From Nitrospinota bacterium (GTDB lineage: Bacteria > UBA8248), in contig JASLZZ010000088.1 in assembly GCA_030754595.1 (NCBI GenBank), forward strand, positions 1 through 16,545: DNA of 16,545 nucleotides, read 5' to 3'. The first letter of the stretch is position 1. Each line of letters starts with the position of its first letter. A program made the translations under genes and the position numbers. This document shows, in pieces, positions 1 through 8,078 of the stretch. Under the pieces are notes generated by a model. That model was not told where the DNA came from and made no database searches. It saw only the letters and a list, made by a program, of their open reading frames with translations.

Positions 1-108
1 AACACTAAGCGGCCACATCAGGGATACAGGAACATGGGGAAGCGGCCCATTGACACCGTGGAGAGGTTCGTTAAATCGTCACGGAAGAAGGCTAGCTGTA
101 CACTTTAG
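1..108 (+). mobile_element. 3' end of IS481-family insertion sequence (transposase C-terminus, right end ...GCTGTACA at 102)
   Basis: Frame +1 from base 1 reads NTKRPHQGYRNMGKRPIDTVERFVKSSRKKASCTL*, matching the (Y)NxxRPHQG...GxxP C-terminal signature of IS481-type DDE transposases. TGTACA at 97-102 fits the TGT...ACA termini of the family. The left end is outside the window. Confidence 0.72.
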
Positions 109-1047
109 GGGAGAGACGCCCGGCTCGTTCGGTGTGATGAGGCCGTAAACCATCGTTGTGAACATGCCTCTGTGCGGGCGGCTGCATAAAGAGGCGTTGA
201 GTGAGGCGAATACGGTTTCGGGCCGTGGATCAATTCCGATGAAATGATGAACGTCGCTGAACAACCTCGCCATGTAAGCGGCGGGAAATCCTTTCCCTGA
301 AACGTCGCCAAGGAATATCGCGGCCCTTCCTCCTTCGATTTCGACGACATCGTACAAATCCCCGCCCACGGCCCGGGCGGCGGAATTGAGCCCCGAAAAA
401 ATATAGTCCTCCTTTTCAATGTGAATTTCCGGTGCGATGAAACTTTCCTGGATGGATTGAGCGGTTTCGAGTTGCTGCTCGATTCGCTCTTTTTCAAGGA
501 GCGATCTGTGCAATTCCGAATGAGCGATGGCGACCGCGGCCTGGTTGGAGAGCGCTACGAGAAGAGGGAGTGAATTGTGGTTGAAGGGAAGTTTTCCCGA
601 AGGGTGACTGAGATTCATGACTCCCAACGTCCGGCCGTGGTAGTTCAAAGGCAGGCTTGCAAATGAACGGGAACGCTCGGGGCTGGAGCGCCGCTCGTTG
701 AATCTGGGGTCGTTGTCGATATCTTCCACGAGGATGGGTTCGCCGGATTCGGCCACCTTCCCAGCGATTCCTTCGCCGGGGACGACCTTGGAGTCTCGGA
801 TTGTTTCTTCTTTGAGTCCGATGGAGTAGGCGATAGCCATGTGCGTGAGTGTATTGTTGTATAAAAGAATCGATCCGTGCTCCGCGCCTATCGTGTCCCG
901 CGCCGTGGAAAGGATGATGTTGAGTGTTTCATCGAAATCGAGAGAAGAGATAAGGGAAGCCGTGCATTCCTGGATTTTGTAAAGATGATCAACCTCGCGT
1001 TCCAAGGCGTTGATTCACTGCTCGAGATGTTTTGTGGAGTCTTCCAT
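103..1047 (-). pseudogene. GAF + PP2C/SpoIIE (RsbU-like) serine phosphatase, disrupted
   Basis: GAF domain (GEGIAGKVAESGEP, SLPL...LGVMNL), coiled linker (QQLETAQSIQ) and PP2C motifs VGGDLYD, LGDVSGKG and MFTTMVYG. The C-terminal PP2C part (AGH and the later DG/DD motifs) is missing and is replaced by the IS end. The probable ATG at 1047 is followed by an in-frame TGA at 1017-1015. The ORF-track call 79..1005 runs into the IS. Confidence 0.8.
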
Positions 1048-1173
1048 GATCAGGTTTAATCTGAAGTCATAGGGCCGTTGGAAATTGGAGGCCTCTTGTC
1101 CGAGCGACGCATTTAACAGCGGGAATCATATCGTGCATTTAAGGCAGCTGGCGGAGCCAGCGGAGGTCCTGGA

Positions 1174-1195
1174 ATTATAATGTTGCTATAGTAAC
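1174..1195. promoter_or_regulatory. Possible divergent promoter elements
   Basis: ATTATAAT (1174-1181) gives TATAAT on both strands. TGCTATAGT (1184-1192) resembles an extended -10 and lies within the near-palindrome GTTGCTATAGTAAC, between divergent genes. Confidence 0.35.
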
Positions 1196-1254
1196 GGGCA
1201 GCGGGATTGTTCGATACGCTCCGGATTTTGGCCGATTTCCCGAGAGAAAAAACG

Positions 1255-2694
1255 ATGATCGAAGCTTTGGCCGATCGATTTCGGAAGATAGCGCCGGATG
1301 TCGATTTTTGGTCCGTTCGGTTTGTCCGGGGGCAAGAGGAGTCGCTTTCCGCCCGGCAGGGAATCATTCATCCGCCGCTAAAATCCGAAAACGAAGGGGC
1401 GATGGTCACAATCCATGACCGGGGCGGGATGGGCTACGGCGCATCGAGCGACCTGACCGAGGAGGGATTGAGGCGGTCTCTCGATGAAGCCCTTCTTTGG
1501 GCCCGGAGGCCCGCTGGCCGGATGGTTCGGGATATTCCTGCGCCTCAACCGGTTGGCCATGTGGGCGAACACAGTAGTCCCGTGGGAACTCCGTGGGGGG
1601 AGGTTCTCTTAAAAGAGAAAATCTGGTTTTTGAAGGAGCTTAACGAGAGGCTCAATCTCGGAGAGAAAATTGTCGAGCGCTTTGCTTCTCTTTTTTATGT
1701 GGAAGAAGAGGTCTGCTACATAAACTCAGTTGGCGCGCGGGTTCGGCAGCGTTTTTCCAACGTGATTCCGTATATGGGGGCGGTTGCGAGCGTCGGCTCC
1801 GAATCGCAGCGGAGAACTAATGGCGGAAGAGGATTCGCCCGTCAGGGGGGATGGGACGCTGCTCACCCGGAGAAGATGCTGGAGGCGGCTCCCGTCATCT
1901 CCGAGGAAGCCGAGCAGCTCCTTTCGGCCCCGAATTGCCCCGATGGGCGAATCGACCTGATTCTGGCTCCCGATCAAATGATTCTTCAAATCCACGAATC
2001 CATCGGTCATCCCCTTGAAATCGATCGGATTCTGGGGGACGAGCGGAATTACGCGGGGACGAGTTTTGTCACGCTCGATGATTTTGGAAAGTATCGATAC
2101 GGATCGAATCTCTTGAATGTCGTTTTCGATCCCGGAGAAACCGGACAGCTTGCGAGCTACTCGTTTGATGACGATGGAACCCCCGCCGCGCGGGAGCATC
2201 TGATCCGAGATGGGATTTTGCTGCGGGGGTTGGGCGGCGCGGTCTCCCAGATGCGGTCCGGTGTGCCGGGGGTTGCTTGCTCGCGGGCAGTGGGCTGGAA
2301 CCGTCCGCCGATTGATCGAATGGCGAATATCAATATCGAGCCGGGCGATTCCGGTCTGGATGAGATGATTGCCTCTGTTGAACGCGGGGTATTTATGAAG
2401 ACCAACTGCTCATGGTCGATAGACGACTCCCGGCTGAAATTTCAATTTGGTTGCGAGTGGGCCCGTTTGATTGAAAATGGAGAGCTGACGGGGGTGGTGA
2501 AAAATCCGAACTACCGCGGGATGACGCCCGAATTTTGGCGAAACCTGAAGGCGGTGGGAAACCTCGCCACTTATGAAATATTGGGGACTCCCAACTGCGG
2601 AAAAGGAGAGCCCAACCAGATGATTCGAGTGGGTCATGCAACTCCAGTGTGTTTGTTCGGCGGTATCGAAGTCTTTGGCGGCGAATCGGCATGA
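1255..2694 (+). CDS. tldD: TldD-family metalloprotease (catalytic subunit)
   Basis: HExxGH motif (HESIGHPLE), FDDDG, PIDRMAN and C-terminal CGKGEPNQ. ATG at 1255 is preferred over the TTG at 1207. Confidence 0.92.
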   Translation: MIEALADRFRKIAPDVDFWSVRFVRGQEESLSARQGIIHPPLKSENEGAMVTIHDRGGMGYGASSDLTEEGLRRSLDEALLWARRPAGRMVRDIPAPQPVGHVGEHSSPVGTPWGEVLLKEKIWFLKELNERLNLGEKIVERFASLFYVEEEVCYINSVGARVRQRFSNVIPYMGAVASVGSESQRRTNGGRGFARQGGWDAAHPEKMLEAAPVISEEAEQLLSAPNCPDGRIDLILAPDQMILQIHESIGHPLEIDRILGDERNYAGTSFVTLDDFGKYRYGSNLLNVVFDPGETGQLASYSFDDDGTPAAREHLIRDGILLRGLGGAVSQMRSGVPGVACSRAVGWNRPPIDRMANINIEPGDSGLDEMIASVERGVFMKTNCSWSIDDSRLKFQFGCEWARLIENGELTGVVKNPNYRGMTPEFWRNLKAVGNLATYEILGTPNCGKGEPNQMIRVGHATPVCLFGGIEVFGGESA

Positions 2695-4013
2695 GGGAGA
2701 TATTCGACCGGATTGCCGATCATTCGATCGGTCTCTCGCGGGGCGAGGAGGTCCTTGCCTGCGGGTTCTCGGGCGAGGAATCCGGGTTTGTGCGCCTGAG
2801 CCGGAGCGCCGTTCGCCAGGCGGGGTCGGTTCGTCAAATGTTTTTGCAATTGGAGTTGATATCGGGCCTTCGCCACGCCCAGGCCAGCGTCTCTCTGTCG
2901 GGTCGTTGGGGGGAAGATCGTTCCCGGGTGGAGAGAGTTGTCGTTGAATTAAGGGAGATGTTGCCCGATTTGCCCGAGGACCCCCATCTGATATTTGCTT
3001 CGGATAATGGTTCGAGCGAGCAAGCGGGAGAAGATAATCTTCCTCCTCAAGGCGAAGCGCTCGACGTTGTTCTGGAGGCCGGCCGGGGGAAGGACCTGGT
3101 CGGGATTTTTTCGTCGGGATGTATTTGCGCGGGATTCGCCAATTCGTTCGGACAGCGAAACTGGTATTCTTCGTTCAGTTTCAACCTGGATTGGACTTTT
3201 TATCACCGGGGCGATAAAGCCGTAAAAAGTCAGTACGCCGGTAATTCATGGGAGCCCTCGGTATTTCAAACGAAAATTCAAATCGCCGAGGCTCATCTCG
3301 ATGCCCTCAAGCGCCCGCCGAAATCCATTCCTCGGGGCAGGTACAGGGTGTACCTGTCGCCCGCCGCGCTGACGGAATTCGTGGGGATGGTTGCCCGGAG
3401 CGGTTTCGGGCTGCGGGCTCGCCGGACAAAACAAACCTCTTTGCTCAAGATGATCGAAGATGGCAGATGTCTCAATCCGATTGTCCATTTGAAGGAGAAT
3501 ACGCGGGAAGGTTTCGGTCCGGGGTTTCAGTACCAAGGATTCCCGAAACCTCCCGAAGTTCCCCTGATTGAAGCGGGAGCCCCTGGCGGCAGCCTGGTTT
3601 CTCCGCGTTCGGAGAAAGAGTGGGGGGTTTCGTCGAACGGCGCTTCCGACCGGGAGTTTCCCGAGGCGGTGGATATGGCGGCCGGCGAAATACCATCGTC
3701 GAGCGTACTCGGGCGATTGGAGCGGGGAATATACATTGGCGATCTTTGGTACCTGAATTATTCCGACCTGGTGTCGTGCCGGATGACCGGTCTTACACGT
3801 TTCGCCACCTTTTGGGTGGAAGGCGGGGAGATTCAGGCGCCGATCAACGTAATGCGCTTTGACGAAACGGTCTACCGTGTGTTGGGGGAAAACCTGATTG
3901 GTCTGACCCAGGAGCGCGATCTCTTTCTCGATACGGGGACCTATCAATCGCGGTCAACCCGAAGCAGCCGGATGCCGGGAGCGCTTGTCGAGGACTTCTC
4001 CTTCACGCTCTAA
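2691..4013 (+). CDS. TldE/PmbA-family protein (non-catalytic partner of TldD)
   Basis: ATGA overlap with the tldD stop (2691-2694). It lacks HExxH and carries LWYLNY..., MTGLTRFATFWVEGGEI..P..MRFDE and the C-terminal F.FT typical of the second TldD/PmbA gene. Confidence 0.88.
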   Translation: MREIFDRIADHSIGLSRGEEVLACGFSGEESGFVRLSRSAVRQAGSVRQMFLQLELISGLRHAQASVSLSGRWGEDRSRVERVVVELREMLPDLPEDPHLIFASDNGSSEQAGEDNLPPQGEALDVVLEAGRGKDLVGIFSSGCICAGFANSFGQRNWYSSFSFNLDWTFYHRGDKAVKSQYAGNSWEPSVFQTKIQIAEAHLDALKRPPKSIPRGRYRVYLSPAALTEFVGMVARSGFGLRARRTKQTSLLKMIEDGRCLNPIVHLKENTREGFGPGFQYQGFPKPPEVPLIEAGAPGGSLVSPRSEKEWGVSSNGASDREFPEAVDMAAGEIPSSSVLGRLERGIYIGDLWYLNYSDLVSCRMTGLTRFATFWVEGGEIQAPINVMRFDETVYRVLGENLIGLTQERDLFLDTGTYQSRSTRSSRMPGALVEDFSFTL

Positions 4014-4035
4014 AGCTGGATAATATTCCAACGTG

Positions 4036-4869
4036 TTATTTGGATTTGAATTGTTTTATCAGGCGGGCCTTTTGCGTTTTCGTCAACCCCTTGAATGCGC
4101 CGGATTGTTTGAGTTTTCTCTTGGCCGATTCGGACATGTTCTTCATGGACCTCAGATTTCCACCCGTTATCATTCCGCCCGAAGTCCCGAATTTGTCTTT
4201 AACCCCGAGATGTTTCATTCCGAACGCTTTGATGTCGTTCCGCATGACCGTCATAAAAATGTATTCGACATAGGATGACGGTTTGTCCGCCATGAATAAA
4301 AAAAGGCCAAAGGCGGTAATTGTGCAGATGACTAAGGCCGCGCCCATCTGAACGGCGGTTTTCCAGACCTTTGAAAGCCTCGCGTAGAGAATGAAAAGCG
4401 ACGTCCGGGATTTTCGCCTCTTTTTCCGAGAGCGGTGCTTGGAGTCGCGATCGGCCGCGGGCGCCGGGCTCTCACCGGATTGCTTGGCTTTAAGAGAGGC
4501 CTCATCGGCCATGCTCTGGAATTTTTCTTGAAAGAGGGAGCACTCCGGGAAGGAACCGAGGCAAAGATCAGCCTGTCTGCTTCGCGGCATGGCGGTGTAT
4601 GGAACTCTTATCCGGCGGAGCTTCTTGAATTTCGTGCGCTCTTTTGCGTAGCAGACATTTTCCCTCGAAGGGCGGTCGAAGGGTGTGCTCTGCCCCTTCC
4701 GGGAGCCCAGATACGGACATGGGCGGGAGGGAGATGCGGAAGGAGAAGACAAGGACGCCCCGGCTGCGAGGGTTGCCGTGTCGCCGGAAATCTCCCCTGT
4801 CTTGGAAACTGAATTGGACAACCCGGTGCCTTTTCCCGATTGTTCGCATTCCCCAAGCCGAAGCCGCAC
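4036..4869 (-). CDS. Hypothetical membrane-anchored protein with a 4-Cys motif
   Basis: 277-aa ORF fills the gap. It has CPYLG...NVC...LCLG..PEC, a basic stretch KHRSRKKRRKSR and one hydrophobic segment (GAALVICTITAFGLFLFM). The start is uncertain (TTG at 4821 is an alternative). Confidence 0.65.
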   Translation of the reverse strand: MRLRLGECEQSGKGTGLSNSVSKTGEISGDTATLAAGASLSSPSASPSRPCPYLGSRKGQSTPFDRPSRENVCYAKERTKFKKLRRIRVPYTAMPRSRQADLCLGSFPECSLFQEKFQSMADEASLKAKQSGESPAPAADRDSKHRSRKKRRKSRTSLFILYARLSKVWKTAVQMGAALVICTITAFGLFLFMADKPSSYVEYIFMTVMRNDIKAFGMKHLGVKDKFGTSGGMITGGNLRSMKNMSESAKRKLKQSGAFKGLTKTQKARLIKQFKSK

Positions 4870-4989
4870 GGCGGTCCGATCCGCCGAAACTAAATATAAT
4901 ACTAATTGGAATTCATATCATCCCGGTTGCCGGAGCGGCGTTTTTACCCTTTAGGGGAGGTCATTCCGGGGTTGCGGCGGCGGACGCGA

Positions 4990-5751
4990 TTATTGGCGAA
5001 ATAAGTCGTCCTCCTTTTTGCGGAAGAGCCGCGAGGCGGGTTCTTCCCCCTTTTTATAGGAAATTCCCCGCAATATCGCCGCGGGAATCCCCTCGGCGCC
5101 CTGACCCATGACGATGCTCGCCGCCGCGGCCAGCTCGTCGGCCTGGGCCAGTAGGGTGATCTCGAGCGGGCGCCCCGACCGATCGGCCTCGCCTCTCAGA
5201 TCGACGAGGGGCTCGAGGCCCGCGCAACCGATCGAAACCCCGACGACGCCGCTCCTGAAGGCGCGCCCCTGGGTGTCAACGATCAAAACTGCGGGCCGGA
5301 CCCCATCAATCCTCTCCAGCCCCGCGCGGATTTTTCGCGCCGAGGCGTCGGCGTCCTCGGGCAGGAGCAGAACCGTATCCCCGTCCTCCCGCAGGTTCGA
5401 GCGGTCAACCCCTCCGTGCGCGCACACCGCCCCCGAGCGGTGCTCGACGATCAGCGCCCGCTCTGAGGCGACGACGACCTCGTTCGATTCACGCAGGACC
5501 GTCTCGACGAGCCGAGCGTCCCTTCCGTTCCGGCGGGCGATTGTGAGCGCCTCCTTCGAGGGCTCGACATCCGAGAGCCGGACAAACCGGCCCTCGGTCT
5601 TGCTGACGATTTTTTGAGCGAGGGCGATTACGTCACCGTCGATGAGTCCGAGGCCGCCGGCCTCCATCGCCGCCCATAGGATCGCGGCCAGATCATCTCC
5701 GGGCCGTATTTCGGGAATTCCCGGAACCGGGATCAGTTCGGCCATAGTCAT
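4990..5751 (-). CDS. cofE: Coenzyme F420-0:L-glutamate ligase
   Basis: PEIRPGDDL, QKIVSKTEGR, GVDRSN, LLPEDADASA, DTQGRAFR.G and ADELAAAAS..MGQ..EG.P. The start is ATG 5751 (or 5745), just after cofC. The longer ORF-track N-terminus overlaps cofC. Confidence 0.95.
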   Translation of the reverse strand: MTMAELIPVPGIPEIRPGDDLAAILWAAMEAGGLGLIDGDVIALAQKIVSKTEGRFVRLSDVEPSKEALTIARRNGRDARLVETVLRESNEVVVASERALIVEHRSGAVCAHGGVDRSNLREDGDTVLLLPEDADASARKIRAGLERIDGVRPAVLIVDTQGRAFRSGVVGVSIGCAGLEPLVDLRGEADRSGRPLEITLLAQADELAAAASIVMGQGAEGIPAAILRGISYKKGEEPASRLFRKKEDDLFRQ

Positions 5752-5761
5752 GAGGTTGTGA

Positions 5762-6415
5762 TCATGCGGTAGTGATCGCGGACAGCCATTCCGGGATCGG
5801 CACGCCTTTTTCGGCGAGGAGCGCCAGATCCGACGGCGTGTCCACGTCGAGGGAGAAACCGGGATTTTCGAACCGGAAAAAATCCAACCCTTCCGCCAAC
5901 GCCGCTTCGCAGTGGCGCTCGAAACTGCTCTGCCCAAATGAAAAGGAAAGGCCATCGGGCGGCTCGAGCAGGAGTCCGTTCGTCCCCCCGTCGGGTGAGG
6001 GGACGAGGACGGCGCGGCCGCCGGGGGGATTTCTTCTCTCGCCCTCGGCGAGCATCGCCTCTACGTCGGGAGGCTCGAGCGCGGGAAGATCGGCGGGAAC
6101 GATTAGAATCGTCCGGGCGTTTCTTTCGAGCGCCCACCCACGCCCCGTCTCCAGGTCGTCGTTCAAGTCCCGCGCCGGACACCGGATGCCCGCCGCGCCG
6201 TTCGAAAGTGAGAGAGAGAGGACGGAGGCGCCGTCGCTGAGGACGGCGATTTCATCGATCCCCCTCGCCGCCTTGAGGGCGTGCAAAACGCGCTCGAGCA
6301 TCCACCTGCCCAGACCGGCGCGGGCTTCGTTGCTCAGGGCGCTGGCCAGGCGGGACTTTCCCGTTTCGAAATCCCGGGCGGGGACGAGCGCGACGCATGG
6401 GTGTCCAGCGGCCAT
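5762..6415 (-). CDS. cofC: 2-phospho-L-lactate/PEP guanylyltransferase (CofC/FbiD)
   Basis: KSRLA, PADLP, DGGTN, FG..SF..H and DVDTPSDL motifs, plus cof gene context. Confidence 0.93.
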   Translation of the reverse strand: MAAGHPCVALVPARDFETGKSRLASALSNEARAGLGRWMLERVLHALKAARGIDEIAVLSDGASVLSLSLSNGAAGIRCPARDLNDDLETGRGWALERNARTILIVPADLPALEPPDVEAMLAEGERRNPPGGRAVLVPSPDGGTNGLLLEPPDGLSFSFGQSSFERHCEAALAEGLDFFRFENPGFSLDVDTPSDLALLAEKGVPIPEWLSAITTA

Positions 6416-6462
6416 GTGGTGTTCTCCCGGTTCAGGGCTGGTGCAGAATCTTTATCATAACA

Positions 6463-7428
6463 TCAACCGGCTGGAGACTGGTTCCTGATTTCCTCGGCGA
6501 AACCCAATACTTCGATCGCAAGGCGTTTCTTGGACGGCGTGTCGGTCATCACGCTCGGCGCCGTTCGCGCCGTGATGCCCCGCTCCCCGAAGGCGGGCAA
6601 CAGGGTCGCGTCCTCATCGTCGAAAACGAATCCATCGATGAAATCGCGCAGTATCTCCGCCACCCCCAGGGCGGACACCTCATGCCCCAGGCTTTTCATC
6701 ATATCGGCGGCCGGGCCCCTGAGGGCGGAGCTGCCGATGATGGGGCTCACCCCGATTCGGGGAATCTCAGGGCGCCGCAATCTCTCCTCGATTTCCCCGA
6801 TGGCGAGAATCGGCCCCAGACTGACGATGGGGTTCGAGGGGCAATACACGATGGTTCCCGCCGAGTCGATGGCCTCGGCGGCCTCGGGGGTGGCCTTCGC
6901 GGTCTCCGCTCCCTGAAACCGGACTCCCGTCACGCGCGGGCGCGTCCCCCGGGCCACGAAATAATCCTGAAATTCGAGCTCTCCCTCGGGAGTTTGAACG
7001 CGGGTGGCGACGGGGGAGTCCGTCATCGGGAGGACCCGTGACCGGACGCCCAGCGCACCGCACAGCTCGGCGGTCGCCTCGGTGAGGCGCGCTCCCTCGG
7101 ATAGGCGCTGGGTCCGGCGAATGTGGGTGGCCATGTCCTTGTCCCCCAGACGGAACCAGGTGGGCCCCCCGTAGCGCCCGAGGAGGTCGAGGGCGCCGGT
7201 GGTGTCGCCCTTGATCCCCCAACCTTGGGCGGGGTCCGAGAGCCCGGCGAGGTTGTACATCACGGTGTCGAGGTCGGGGCTGATATGAAGCCCGTGGAGA
7301 GTGAGGTCGTCCGCCGTGTTGACGATGACGGTGAGGGCGCCGGGCGGAAGGGCCGCGGCGAGCCCGACGGCGAGTTTCGCGCCGCCCACTCCGCCGGCGA
7401 GGGCGACGACGGGGGCAGAGGGATTCAT
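6463..7428 (-). CDS. cofD: LPPG/EPPG:FO 2-phospho-L-lactate transferase (CofD/FbiA)
   Basis: LAGGVGGAK, NTADD, ISPDLDTVMY, WFRLGDKDMATH, FQDYFV, PSNPIVS and GPAADMM. The ATG at 7428 overlaps the upstream TGA (ATGA). Confidence 0.96.
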   Translation of the reverse strand: MNPSAPVVALAGGVGGAKLAVGLAAALPPGALTVIVNTADDLTLHGLHISPDLDTVMYNLAGLSDPAQGWGIKGDTTGALDLLGRYGGPTWFRLGDKDMATHIRRTQRLSEGARLTEATAELCGALGVRSRVLPMTDSPVATRVQTPEGELEFQDYFVARGTRPRVTGVRFQGAETAKATPEAAEAIDSAGTIVYCPSNPIVSLGPILAIGEIEERLRRPEIPRIGVSPIIGSSALRGPAADMMKSLGHEVSALGVAEILRDFIDGFVFDDEDATLLPAFGERGITARTAPSVMTDTPSKKRLAIEVLGFAEEIRNQSPAG

Positions 7429-8078
7429 CGGCGGATGATCTCGGGACGCGGCGGCTCCTTGGGCGGCGGCGGCGCGGCCGGGTGACCGGCGAGAATCAGC
7501 GCGCGCGGCATCCAGTCGGCCGGAAGATCGAGGGCCTCCCGCGCCGTCTCGGGGCAAAACAGGGGAGCGCACCGCCACACCGATCCGACCCCTCCGGCGG
7601 TGAGGGAGAGCATCAGGTTTTGGAGCGCCCCGCCGAGGCTGTGCTCCGCCATCAAGTGCTCTCTCGTCTGTTTTTCGGGGTCGCCGTATTCGTCGAGCTC
7701 ACCGTAGGAGAGCGCGGCGAGGATGAGGACGGGCGCTCCGGTCAAAAGACGGATGCTCCCCTCGTGCCGGCGGCGGCGCTCGGCCTCGGGCACGCCCTCG
7801 GCCGCCATGTCGCGCAGAAAATCCCGCCCCATCTCCCCGGCGAGTTTTCTCCTCGAGGCCTCGGAGGAGAGAACGCAAAACCTCCACGGGGCGCTCCCGT
7901 GCGGGCTGGGGGCAAGGCAGGCCGCCGCGATGGCGCCCTCGACGAGGGTGGGATCGACGGGCTCGTCCGAGAAGCGCCGGACGGAGCGACGGCCGGCGAG
8001 GGCGTCCGCGAGCGATATCGCATCGAGCGCGGGAGAAAGCGCCGTCTCGCTTATTCCGGTGTTCGGTCTGGCGTCCAT
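7425..8078 (-). CDS. Stand-alone nitroreductase resembling the FbiB C-terminal domain (FbiE-like dehydro-F420-0 reductase)
   Basis: RRSVRRFSDEPV, APSPH..PWRF, D...EGVP, GGALQNLML, GVGSVW...LF and LDLPADW.P parallel the FbiB C-terminal domain. It is translationally coupled to cofD. The start at ATG 8078 is approximate. Confidence 0.85.
   Translation of the reverse strand: MDARPNTGISETALSPALDAISLADALAGRRSVRRFSDEPVDPTLVEGAIAAACLAPSPHGSAPWRFCVLSSEASRRKLAGEMGRDFLRDMAAEGVPEAERRRRHEGSIRLLTGAPVLILAALSYGELDEYGDPEKQTREHLMAEHSLGGALQNLMLSLTAGGVGSVWRCAPLFCPETAREALDLPADWMPRALILAGHPAAPPPPKEPPRPEIIRR

Noticed and set aside
1015..1017. In-frame TGA as a selenocysteine or recoded codon
   Set aside because: It lies in a coiled-coil-like segment rather than at a Cys position, the gene has other lesions, and TGA is used as a normal stop elsewhere in the window.
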